Of a stretch of 52,265 nt of DNA, positions 18,822 to 28,252 are shown one piece after another. The number at the start of each line of letters is the position of its first letter. Position 1 is the stretch's first letter. The stretch comes from Polaromonas sp. GTDB taxonomy: Bacteria > Pseudomonadota > Gammaproteobacteria > Burkholderiales > Burkholderiaceae_C. The position numbers were made by a program, and so were the translations under genes. The DNA lies in NCBI GenBank assembly GCA_031423655.1, contig JANPFZ010000274.1, positions 1-52,265 of the forward strand, given 5' to 3'. The notes below the pieces were generated by a model that worked only from the letters and a program-made list of their open reading frames with translations, ran no database searches and was not told the DNA's origin.

Positions 18822-19358
18822 ATGTTTAAATTTATATCAATTTTGGCAGGTTCCCTGCTTTTTGGGGGCATGACCGCGTCGCCTGCCATGGCTCAACAGA
18901 CTGGCAATCAGGCATCAAAGTCCGTTGATGCCACGCTCTCTGTGTTCCGGGTCGGTAAATCCGCAGAGGGAAAAGAAACTTTGCTGCCCGCCGACAAAGC
19001 CGCGCCTGGCGACACGCTGGAATACCAAACCGTTCATAAAAACAACGGCAAATCCACCATCAAGTCACTGGTGGCCACGCTGCCCTTGCCGGACGGCATC
19101 AGCTACCTGCCAGGCAGTGCCAAGCCCGCCAATGCCGAGGCCAGCGTAGACGGCAAAGTTTTTGCCGCCATTCCGCTCAAAACCATGGTCAAAAATGCCC
19201 AGGGCAAGCTTGAAGAGCGGCCGGTGCCTTATTCAGACTACCGCGCCCTGCGCTGGGCACTGGGCGAATTGCCTGCCAATGACCAGGCAACCGTCAGCGC
19301 GCGAGCCGTCGTTGACCCTGTTTCTGGTGCCGTCGCCACGCCGCAGAAGGCGAAGTAA
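18822..19358 (+). CDS. small secreted single DUF11-like domain, C-terminally truncated and lacking isopeptide residues (putative chaperone/cap, operon 1)
   Basis: Signal peptide (..SPAMA/Q), AAPGDTLEY..KNNG, TLPLP in place of TDxLP, RWALGEL. Alternative start GTG 18810. Confidence 0.8.
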   Translation: MFKFISILAGSLLFGGMTASPAMAQQTGNQASKSVDATLSVFRVGKSAEGKETLLPADKAAPGDTLEYQTVHKNNGKSTIKSLVATLPLPDGISYLPGSAKPANAEASVDGKVFAAIPLKTMVKNAQGKLEERPVPYSDYRALRWALGELPANDQATVSARAVVDPVSGAVATPQKAK

Positions 19359-19592
19359 CGTGCCCTTCCTCAACGTGCAAAACACCCGCACGCTTCGCAG
19401 CGCAGTCCGCGCTGCCCGCCAGGCCCTCCAACTTCACTCCATTGTTGCACTGGATCCCCCTGTGCAAAGGAGGGTACCCAATAGCTAACGCCTGCGGCGC
19501 GGCGAAGAGTTCGAGGAAAAGTTAGTGAACGTCCCGCTTTAGTTTTCAGTTTTATTTTTAGTAGAAATCAATTTAACGAGGAGATGTCAGAA

Positions 19593-22241
19593 ATGACTCA
19601 CACATCAAACCCATGGTCCAGTGCCGGAGCAAAGCTCCAGAGCATCTGGATCGCCTTCGCGGCTATCGCTGTTTTCTTCCTGCTCTTTGCCGGGTCCGGT
19701 CACGCGGCATCGCCGCTGGCCGGCACCAGCATCGGTAACCAGGCTTCGGCCACCTATGTTGACGGTTCAGCCGTCACGCGTTCGGTCTCGTCGAACGTGG
19801 TTTCAACCATCGTGCAACAAGTCGCTGCGCTGACCATCACGCAAAACTTGTCCAAAACGGCTGCGGCCGGCACTCAGGTCAGCTACCCGGTCACTTTGAC
19901 CAACACGGGTAACGGCTCAGACACTTTCGCGTTGAGTCAAGCCAATTCCGGCGGGTTTACCTTTACGTCGGTCAGCTTCTATGCTGACGCCAACGGCGAC
20001 GGTGTTGCGGACAACACAACGCTCATTACCAGCACGGGTAACCTGGCCCCCGGCACGGTTTTCCGCTTCGTTGCTGTGGGCAATGTGCCCACTACCGCGA
20101 CCACCGGGGCCATCGACACACTGGTGATCACGGCCACTTCCGGCTTCGCCCCCGCTGTTTTTGCGGCTGTAACGGACACAACCACTATCACCGCAAACGC
20201 CGACATCAACGCCACCAAGACGATGAGCGCGGTGTCGGGTGCGTCAGGTTCCGGTCCCTATACGGTCACTTTGAGCTACAACAACACCGGCAATATCGCG
20301 GCCAGCGCCGTCAAGCTGACCGACGCGCTGCCAGTCGGCATGACCTACGTCGCAGGCTCGGGTCGTTGGAGCGTGACTGGCGCCACCGCGCTGTCTGATG
20401 CAACAGGCGACCTCAATGGCACGGCTCCGACCATCGATTACAGCGTCACCGGCAACACCGTCACGGGCATCATCAGTAGCGTGGCTGCAGGCCAGGCGGG
20501 TACCCTGACATTCCAGGTCAGCATCAACGCTAATCTGGCGGCAGCGCCGTTGAACAACACAGCGACGTTTGCCTACAACGATGGCGCCGCCGCTATTCCG
20601 ACCGCCAATACCAACACGTTTGTGTTCAGTGTGAACCAGACCGCCAGCGTCACTGCAGCCGGTTCGACGGTTGCCAGCGCCGCCCAAGGCAGCACGGTGA
20701 CTTTCAGCAACGTGTTCACCAACACCGGCAACGGTATCGACAGCTTTGATGTGGCAATTTCCACGTCGTCCTTCCCGGCAGGCAGCTCGTTCGCCCTGTA
20801 CAAGGCTGACGGCGTCACGCCGCTGGTCGATACCAATGGCAACGGCATTCCCGATACCGGTCCAGTGACGGGCATCTTGACGGCCCCTAACAACACCTAC
20901 ACCGTGGTGTTGAAAGTGACCCTGCCAGCCGGTGTCACCGGTGGCCCTTACAGCGTATCCAAAACCGCCACGTCGAAGTTTGACCCGACCAAGATCGCAA
21001 CGGCCACCGACACCCTGACGACCATCGCCGTCAACACGGTGGACTTGACGAACAGCATCAACGCCAGCACGACTTCCAGCATTGCAAGTCTGGGTGTGGG
21101 CCCGTTCGCAGGAGCGGGCGCCGGAACCATCGTTACCAACGCCACCAATCCGGGCACCACGACGCGCTTCACGCTGAATGTTGTTAATGGATCAGGTTCC
21201 ACCGGAGACACCTTTAATCTGGCTGCCAGTACCGATTCGACTTTTGGCTCGTTGACCTTGCCATTTGGCTGGACCGTGGTTTTCCGTGACAGCGCCGGAA
21301 CGGTGGTCACCAACACCGGTATCGTCGCGCAGAATGCCACAGCGACAGTATTTGCTGACGTGACGGTTCCGGCCGGCCAAGCCGCCATTCCTGGTGGTCA
21401 GGTCATCACCTTCCGTGCGTTGTCGCCTTCGACGGGTTCCGCCGACAAGATCACGGATTCAGTGATCGTCAACACCATCCGAAGCGTGACCGTGACGCCA
21501 ACCAACGTGGGCCAAGTGGTTCCCGGTGGCAGCGTGATCTACACCCACACCATCACCAATGCGGGTAACGTTGCCGAGAATATTGATGCCACTCGTACCA
21601 TTGGTTTGTCCTTGAGCGAGACGCAAGCCGGCTTCACCTCCGTCGTGTACCTTGATGCGAACAACAACAATATCATCGACGCCACTGATCCGGTCATTAA
21701 TACGGTGGCCGATCTCGGCTCCATCGCGGCTGGTGCCAGCAAGCAGTTGTTGGTCAAAGTGACGGCGTCGTCCGGTGTTGGTATCGGCGTGGTGAACACC
21801 ACCACGCTGACGGCCACCACGGCGGGCTTGATCAATGGCGCGAATGCACCTGTCATCGTCAGCACAACGGACACCACTACCGTGATCTCCGGCAACATCG
21901 TGCTGCTCAAAGAGCAGGCGCTGGATGCAGCTTGCGATGGCACGCCGGATACCGCTTATTCGGTGGCAACCATCACGACAGGTGCAATTCCTAACGCGTG
22001 TATCCGCTATCGCGTGACTGCTACGAACAACGGCTCTGCCAATGTTGATAGCCTGGTTCTGAGCGACGCGACACCAGCGTCCACGACGTACATCGCTGGT
22101 ACCAACCCGGCCGTGACCGTGCCTGCTAGCACGATCACCGCGCCGACAACCGGCAACGCCGGCACTATCAGCGCCACCATCGGCACGCTGACGCCTTCCG
22201 CCTCGGTCGTTCTGACCTTCGGCGTGAAGATCAATCCGTAA
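19593..22241 (+). CDS. secreted multi-Ig/DUF11 protein with N-terminal donor strands and C-terminal acceptor domain (putative major shaft subunit, operon 1)
   Basis: GAGGAG SD 9 nt before ATG 19593 (ORF track start 19584). Signal peptide ..GHA/ASPLAGTSIGNQASATY; ends LTFGVKINP. Confidence 0.85.
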   Translation: MTHTSNPWSSAGAKLQSIWIAFAAIAVFFLLFAGSGHAASPLAGTSIGNQASATYVDGSAVTRSVSSNVVSTIVQQVAALTITQNLSKTAAAGTQVSYPVTLTNTGNGSDTFALSQANSGGFTFTSVSFYADANGDGVADNTTLITSTGNLAPGTVFRFVAVGNVPTTATTGAIDTLVITATSGFAPAVFAAVTDTTTITANADINATKTMSAVSGASGSGPYTVTLSYNNTGNIAASAVKLTDALPVGMTYVAGSGRWSVTGATALSDATGDLNGTAPTIDYSVTGNTVTGIISSVAAGQAGTLTFQVSINANLAAAPLNNTATFAYNDGAAAIPTANTNTFVFSVNQTASVTAAGSTVASAAQGSTVTFSNVFTNTGNGIDSFDVAISTSSFPAGSSFALYKADGVTPLVDTNGNGIPDTGPVTGILTAPNNTYTVVLKVTLPAGVTGGPYSVSKTATSKFDPTKIATATDTLTTIAVNTVDLTNSINASTTSSIASLGVGPFAGAGAGTIVTNATNPGTTTRFTLNVVNGSGSTGDTFNLAASTDSTFGSLTLPFGWTVVFRDSAGTVVTNTGIVAQNATATVFADVTVPAGQAAIPGGQVITFRALSPSTGSADKITDSVIVNTIRSVTVTPTNVGQVVPGGSVIYTHTITNAGNVAENIDATRTIGLSLSETQAGFTSVVYLDANNNNIIDATDPVINTVADLGSIAAGASKQLLVKVTASSGVGIGVVNTTTLTATTAGLINGANAPVIVSTTDTTTVISGNIVLLKEQALDAACDGTPDTAYSVATITTGAIPNACIRYRVTATNNGSANVDSLVLSDATPASTTYIAGTNPAVTVPASTITAPTTGNAGTISATIGTLTPSASVVLTFGVKINP

Positions 22242-22270
22242 GCCTTAACCAGACATTAGCTAAACGGTTC

Positions 22271-22335
22271 GCGGGGAGAGCATGGCTCTTCCCGCTTTTC
22301 AACGGGCACTTGCAACAGTGCCCGTTGAAAAGCGG
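22271..22335 (+). terminator. terminator-like hairpin with U-tract overlapped by a second 19-bp perfect inverted repeat
   Basis: GCGGGGAGAGC-ATG-GCTCTTCCCGC-TTTT (22271-22299); arms 22292-22310 and 22317-22335 are exact reverse complements. Confidence 0.65.
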
Positions 22336-22400
22336 CCGCAAAACCAGCCCAAGCCTCTTCATCGCATGTTTCTCGATCAACCCTCTGTGAAAGTTAGCCG

Positions 22401-25400
22401 GTGCGCAGCCTAGTTGCACGCCTTATTAGTCTTTTTCTGGCGTCGCTGTTGCTCCTGGCATCGGCGTATGCCGCCACGCCGCTGGCGGGCCTGCGCATCA
22501 ACAACCAGGCCAGGGCAACCTTTTTTGACACCAACGCTGGCTTCTTCTCCACGCTGAATTCCAATACCGTCGTGGTCATCGTCCAGCCGGTGGAGGCGGT
22601 ACAAATTCGCCCGGCACAAACCTTTAATCGCTCACCTGGCTCTTTCGCTGTTTTCCCGTACCGCGTGACCAACAGCGGCAATGTAACTGCCACCTACGCG
22701 CTGACCTTCGGCAACACAACGGGCGACAACTTTGATCTGACGGGCCTGACGCTCTACCGCGACATCAACGGCAACGGCGCGGCCGATACCGGTGAGCCCG
22801 TGCTCGCCGCAGGCAGCACCATTACTCTGGCACCCGGCGAAAGTGCTGACGTGGTGTTGCAGGGGCAAATCGGTGCCGCCGTGTCACTCGGGCAAACCGC
22901 GCTGGTGAATTTCACCGCTACCAGTCAGCTGCAGGGCGCGACCCGCACCGTGACTGACACCGTGTTGACCGCTTTGGGCGCCAGCATGCGGCTGCAAAAG
23001 GGCGTTTCAAAGCTAAGCGCAGTCACCGCCGAGGTACTGACCTACACGCTGACCGTGCAGAACACCGGCAGTACCGCTGCCACGGGCGTGCCCGTGACGA
23101 TTGACGGCAGCCCTGTATCGCGGGTCGTGGTGCGTGATGCGATTCCCGCCAACACCGCGTTCGTGCGGTTGGGCCCGGCCGGCCCCGGAACACCGCTGTA
23201 CCACAGCGCTGGCACCGATGCCAATACCTACACGTCCACACCGCCCGCCAATCTGGCGCTGGTTGATGCCGTGGGTTTTGGCTTCGCCAAAATTGACCCC
23301 GGCCAGACCGTGGTGCGGACCTTCGACGTAAAAATCAATAGCAACGCGAGTGGCGATATTTTCAACACGGCAAAAGTCGGTTTTAACGACGGTTTGTCAG
23401 CGGTAGCAGCGTCAGTTGATTCGAACCAGACCACGACGACGGTTCCCAAGCTGCCGCCGACGATTGCCTATTTCCGGGACGCCGCTTTCGCGCAACCAAT
23501 CAACGTGGCCCACACGGAGCAGGTCGCTTATGTGCAGGCCAGCGCAGCGCAGTGCAATCTTGATGCGGCAAGGGTTGAGAGCTACACCGTCATCATCAAG
23601 TCGGCCATCACGGGCGACGTTGAGAGCTTCATCGCAACCGAGACGGGTCTGAATACAGGAACCTTCCGCATCGTGCCGAGTATTACCCTCACGAGCCAGG
23701 CTGGTCGTCCGGGTGACACCATACTCAACACCACGAAAAACGACACCCTTGGGGCCACCATGCTGGGTTGTGGTGGGAATGAGATCAATGTCAATTTGCT
23801 CATCGACCCCTATGGCGTGGTGTACGACGGTCGCAGCAATGCGCCGGTCAGCGGCGCCACCGTGGTCTTGTTCAACGTCAGCACCAATTCACCCGCAGTC
23901 GTTTTTCAGGCCGACGGTGTGACTCCCGCCCCCAATACGGTGGTGACCGGGTCCACCGGCCAGTATGAGTTTCCGACCGTCGCGCCGGACATGTATAAAT
24001 TGCTGGTAACCCCGCCAGGCGGCTACAGTTTTCCGTCGGTGCTGGCGCCGGCGCTTCTGGCTGCCGGTCGGGCTACCGATCCAAAAGGCTCGTATGGCGG
24101 AGAGTTCCTGGTGAGCCTGGCCACTGGCCCGGTGCGTATTGATGTGCCACTCGACGCCAGCAACCTGGGCGGCTTGTCCGTTGAAAAAACGGCGTCACGC
24201 TCAACCGTTGATCTGGGCGAGTTTGTTGACTACAGTGTCAAGATAAAAAACAGCAGCGGCCAACTGCTAGGACAGATACAGCTCGAAGATCACCTGCCAG
24301 CAGGTTTTGCCTATGTGCCGGGCAGCGCTCGCCTGAACGCAGGCACCGCGCGCCTTGATGGGTCAAAGGTGCCCGAGCCCGAGGGGGGCATCGGTCCCAA
24401 GCTCATTTTTAACGTGGGCTCCATTGCCGACAGCGTCGTCCTCACCATGAGTTACCGCGTTCGTGTGGGTCCGGGAGCCCTGCAAGGTGACGGTATTAAC
24501 CGTGCCCAGGCTTTTAGCGCGCGAGTCACTACGGGAATTGTGACCAAGGCCAGCAATATCGCAACCGCCACCGTGCAGGTGTTGCCGGGTGTTTTCAGTG
24601 ACCGGGGCTTCATCGTCGGCAAGGTGTTTGCTGACTGCAACCGCGACCGCATTCAAAACGCCGAAGAACGCGGCATTCCAGATGTGCGCCTGTACATGGA
24701 AGACGGCACCTTCGTGACCACCGACGCCGAGGGCAAATTCAGCCTCTACAACATTCGCCCCCAGACCCATGTGCTCAAGGTTGATGCCACCACCTTGCCC
24801 GAGGGTGCCCGACTGGCGGTGCTTGATGCGCGCAACGCGGGCGACGCGGCCACGCGTTTCGTCGATATGAAAAAAGGGCAGCTTTTAAAGGTGAACTTTG
24901 CTGTCGATGGTTGTGCCGTGGCCGTGCAGGAGGCCATTGACCTGCGGCTGCAGCGCGCCCGCGCCGGCTCTGAAGCCGAATTCGCCGTCAAGGCCCGCAT
25001 CACGGCCGATGGCGTCGCGCCACTGGTTGACGTCAAAGGCTTGCCCGCCAGCGGCCTTGTCGGCGTGAAAACGCCACTCATCACCAGCCCCGGTGTGAAG
25101 CCTGCTATTGCCTCGCCGGCAAAGCCTGGCACCACTTCAGAACGCCTCGACCTCGATAAATTGATGCCGACGTTTGACGCCAGGCTGCAGATTGTCAGTC
25201 CCACCGACAAACAGACCTTTGGTGTTGCGCAGACAGATGTTCTCGTCAAAGGCGCAGCCGGCAGCGACTTCCGCCTGCGCGTCAATGGCGTTGAAATATC
25301 GCAAAAACGCGTGGGCCGTAAAAGTGTTCTGGATTCCAGCGGCGTCCAGGCCTGGGAATACATCGGCGTTGATCTGAACCCTGGGCTGAACAACATTGAG

Positions 25401-28247
25401 CTGGAGCAAGTCGATTCATTTGGCAATGTGCGCGGTAAAACCGCCGTTCAGGTCAGCGCTGCCGGCAAGTTCTCCAAGCTAAGCGTGCAGGTGCCGCCCA
25501 CCGGCGTTCCTGCCGACGGCCGTAGCATGACCGAAGTGACCCTGCTTTTGACTGATGCCGAAGGCCTGCCGGTCAAGGGTCGCATTCCCGTGACGCTGGA
25601 AACCTCCATCGGCATCTGGCAGGCTGAAGACCTCGACAAAAAAGAGCCGGGCCTGCAGCTTTTCGCGGAAGACGGCGAAGCCAGGCTCATGCTGCTGTCG
25701 CCGCTCGACCCGGGCGAGGCAGAAATTCGCGCGGCATCGGGGGGCATCAAGTCCTATGCAATTGTGAAGTTCTTGCCCGAGCTGCGCCCCCTGATCGCCG
25801 CTGGCGTGATTGAAGGTGCAATTAATTTCAGAAGCCTCAACGCCCAGGCGTTGCAGCCGACGCGGTCGCAAGACGGGTTTGAGCAAGAGTTGCGGCATTT
25901 TTCACGCACCAGTGCCGACGGCAAACGCGACGCCGGCGCACGGGCTGCGTTGTTCCTAAAAGGCAAAGTCAAAGGCGACTATCTGTTAACGCTGGCCTAT
26001 GACTCCGACAAGGCATCCAAAGAACGTCTGTTCCGCGACATTCAGCCCGACGAGTTCTACCCCGTTTATGGTGACGATTCGGTCAAGGGATTTGACGCGC
26101 AATCTACCGGCCTGTTCTATGTGCGGGTAGACAAAGGCAGCTCGTATGCGCTGTATGGTGACTACACCACTCAAAGCCAGACGGCGTTTTCAAGCGGGCC
26201 GACCCGTCAGCTGAGCCAGTACAGCCGCAGCCTGAATGGCGCGCGGACCCATCTTGAGGGCGAGCAAGGTAGCCTGAATGCGTTCGCGGCGCGGACCAGC
26301 TCGCGCTCTTTCACTGAAGAATTTGCAGCGCGCGGCGTGTCGGGCTACTACCCGCTGGGCCGTACCAATATTGTTCCGAACAGTGAAAAAGTCGAGATTC
26401 TTACGCGCGACCGCAACCAGCCCACCATCATTTTGAACGCTGTGCCGCTCGCGCGTTTCACTGACTACGAAATCGAGTCGCTGAGTGGCCGCCTTCTATT
26501 TAGAAATCCTATTTCGACGCTTGACCAGAACTTCAACCAGATCTCTATTCGCGTCACCTACGAGTTTGAGCAGGGTGGTCCCCAGTTCTGGGTTTACGGC
26601 GTCGATGGACAAGTCAAGCTGGGCGATCGGGTTGAAGTGGGCGGCACCCATGTGCGCGATCAAAACCCGTTTGACAACTTCTCCATGCAAGGTGCCAATG
26701 TCGTCGTCAAGCTAGCCGAAAAAACCACCCTTAATGCCGAAGTCGCGCAAACCAGCAATGTCATCTCCGGCTCTGGCAAGGGCGCGCGGGTAGAGCTGAA
26801 GCACGAAGGCGAGCAGTTGCAGGCGCAGGCGTTTGCAGGCAAAACCACGGCGGGTTTCGACAACCCCAGCGCTTTGCTCAGCAAGGGGCGGGCAGAAGCC
26901 GGCGCCAAGGCCAAACTGAAGATTGACGACCTGACCAACATCAAGGTCGAGGCTATCCGCAGCGAAGACGCCATCACCAAAGGTGCGCGTGATGGCGCCC
27001 TGGTGGTCGTCGAGCGCAGCCTGGGTGAGAACCTTAACGGCGAAATCGGTCTGCGCTATTTCAAGGAAACAGCCATCCCGGCAGACCTCAGCACCTTGGG
27101 CGTGACGCCCAATGAAGGCACGGCGGCCCGCTTCAGGCTGTCGGGGCCGGTGCCCCATGTCTCAGGGCTCACCGTATTTGGCGAGTACGAGCAAGATATT
27201 GCCAACAGCGAAAAAAAAATGGCCGCCATCGGCGGTGAATACGGCTTGTATGAACGCAGCAAGCTTTACTTGCGCCATGAGCTGATATCCAGCCTGGGCA
27301 ACCGCTACACGCTCAACAGCACGCAGCAGCAAAACGCCACCGTGTTGGGTATCGATGCCGGCTACCTTGACGAAGGACGGGTCTTTAGCGAATACCGCCT
27401 GCGCGACGCCCTGACCGGACGCGAAGCCGAGGCCGCAATGGGTCTGCGTAACTTCTGGACGGTAGCCGAGGGCCTGCGCATCCAGGCTGGCCTGGAGCAG
27501 ATTCGCACCCTGAACGGCGTTGACCACCGAAGCGTTGCCGTAACAGGCGGTGTTGAGTACACCGCCAATCCGGACTGGAAAGTCAGCGCCCGTCTGGAAT
27601 ACCGCACCGACGTGTCGTCCAAACAGTTGCTAAGTACTGTCGGCCTGGCCTACAAAGTTTCCAGCGAATGGACCTTCCTGGGGCGCAATGCGCTGCAGAT
27701 CCAACAGGCCAAAACGGCCACCGGCGGCCGCAAGACGCAAGATCGTCTTCAGCTTGGCATGGCTTACCGCGACAGTGCCGTCAATCAATGGGACGCCCTG
27801 GGCCGCTATGAGCTAAAGCACGAAAGTGACGACATTGCGGTGGTACAAACCAAGCGGACGGCGCACATTGTATCGACCCACCTGAGCTACCAGCCGCAGG
27901 CTGATTTGGCGTTCTCGGGCCGCTACGCCGGTAAATATGTGCTCGAAGATTCCCTCGGCATCAGCAGCCGCTACACCGCGCATCTGCTGTCTGCGCGGGC
28001 CGACTACGACATTGCCCGTGACTGGACGATTGGAGTCAATACCGGCGTTTTGTTCAGCGCCGGCATGCGCAGCCGTCAGGGGGCATTGGGCGCGGAGCTG
28101 GGCCGCGTACTGACCAAAAACCTGTGGCTGTCCGTCGGCTACAACCGTTTTGGCTTCCGTGACGACGACCTCGCCAGCGAGGGCTACACCAGCAAAGGCG
28201 TGTTCCTCCGCCTGCGCTACAAGTTTGACGAGAATTTGCTGAATTGA
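22401..28247 (+). CDS. 1948-aa protein: donor strands, Ig/DUF11/SdrD-B-like stalk, large C-terminal outer-membrane beta-barrel (putative anchor/secretion pore, operon 1)
   Basis: Signal peptide AYA/ATPLAGLRINNQARATF; two complete DUF11 domains; roughly 800 aa of amphipathic beta-strands ending GVFLRLRYKF. Confidence 0.82.
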   Translation: MRSLVARLISLFLASLLLLASAYAATPLAGLRINNQARATFFDTNAGFFSTLNSNTVVVIVQPVEAVQIRPAQTFNRSPGSFAVFPYRVTNSGNVTATYALTFGNTTGDNFDLTGLTLYRDINGNGAADTGEPVLAAGSTITLAPGESADVVLQGQIGAAVSLGQTALVNFTATSQLQGATRTVTDTVLTALGASMRLQKGVSKLSAVTAEVLTYTLTVQNTGSTAATGVPVTIDGSPVSRVVVRDAIPANTAFVRLGPAGPGTPLYHSAGTDANTYTSTPPANLALVDAVGFGFAKIDPGQTVVRTFDVKINSNASGDIFNTAKVGFNDGLSAVAASVDSNQTTTTVPKLPPTIAYFRDAAFAQPINVAHTEQVAYVQASAAQCNLDAARVESYTVIIKSAITGDVESFIATETGLNTGTFRIVPSITLTSQAGRPGDTILNTTKNDTLGATMLGCGGNEINVNLLIDPYGVVYDGRSNAPVSGATVVLFNVSTNSPAVVFQADGVTPAPNTVVTGSTGQYEFPTVAPDMYKLLVTPPGGYSFPSVLAPALLAAGRATDPKGSYGGEFLVSLATGPVRIDVPLDASNLGGLSVEKTASRSTVDLGEFVDYSVKIKNSSGQLLGQIQLEDHLPAGFAYVPGSARLNAGTARLDGSKVPEPEGGIGPKLIFNVGSIADSVVLTMSYRVRVGPGALQGDGINRAQAFSARVTTGIVTKASNIATATVQVLPGVFSDRGFIVGKVFADCNRDRIQNAEERGIPDVRLYMEDGTFVTTDAEGKFSLYNIRPQTHVLKVDATTLPEGARLAVLDARNAGDAATRFVDMKKGQLLKVNFAVDGCAVAVQEAIDLRLQRARAGSEAEFAVKARITADGVAPLVDVKGLPASGLVGVKTPLITSPGVKPAIASPAKPGTTSERLDLDKLMPTFDARLQIVSPTDKQTFGVAQTDVLVKGAAGSDFRLRVNGVEISQKRVGRKSVLDSSGVQAWEYIGVDLNPGLNNIELEQVDSFGNVRGKTAVQVSAAGKFSKLSVQVPPTGVPADGRSMTEVTLLLTDAEGLPVKGRIPVTLETSIGIWQAEDLDKKEPGLQLFAEDGEARLMLLSPLDPGEAEIRAASGGIKSYAIVKFLPELRPLIAAGVIEGAINFRSLNAQALQPTRSQDGFEQELRHFSRTSADGKRDAGARAALFLKGKVKGDYLLTLAYDSDKASKERLFRDIQPDEFYPVYGDDSVKGFDAQSTGLFYVRVDKGSSYALYGDYTTQSQTAFSSGPTRQLSQYSRSLNGARTHLEGEQGSLNAFAARTSSRSFTEEFAARGVSGYYPLGRTNIVPNSEKVEILTRDRNQPTIILNAVPLARFTDYEIESLSGRLLFRNPISTLDQNFNQISIRVTYEFEQGGPQFWVYGVDGQVKLGDRVEVGGTHVRDQNPFDNFSMQGANVVVKLAEKTTLNAEVAQTSNVISGSGKGARVELKHEGEQLQAQAFAGKTTAGFDNPSALLSKGRAEAGAKAKLKIDDLTNIKVEAIRSEDAITKGARDGALVVVERSLGENLNGEIGLRYFKETAIPADLSTLGVTPNEGTAARFRLSGPVPHVSGLTVFGEYEQDIANSEKKMAAIGGEYGLYERSKLYLRHELISSLGNRYTLNSTQQQNATVLGIDAGYLDEGRVFSEYRLRDALTGREAEAAMGLRNFWTVAEGLRIQAGLEQIRTLNGVDHRSVAVTGGVEYTANPDWKVSARLEYRTDVSSKQLLSTVGLAYKVSSEWTFLGRNALQIQQAKTATGGRKTQDRLQLGMAYRDSAVNQWDALGRYELKHESDDIAVVQTKRTAHIVSTHLSYQPQADLAFSGRYAGKYVLEDSLGISSRYTAHLLSARADYDIARDWTIGVNTGVLFSAGMRSRQGALGAELGRVLTKNLWLSVGYNRFGFRDDDLASEGYTSKGVFLRLRYKFDENLLN

Positions 28248-28252
28248 TTTTG

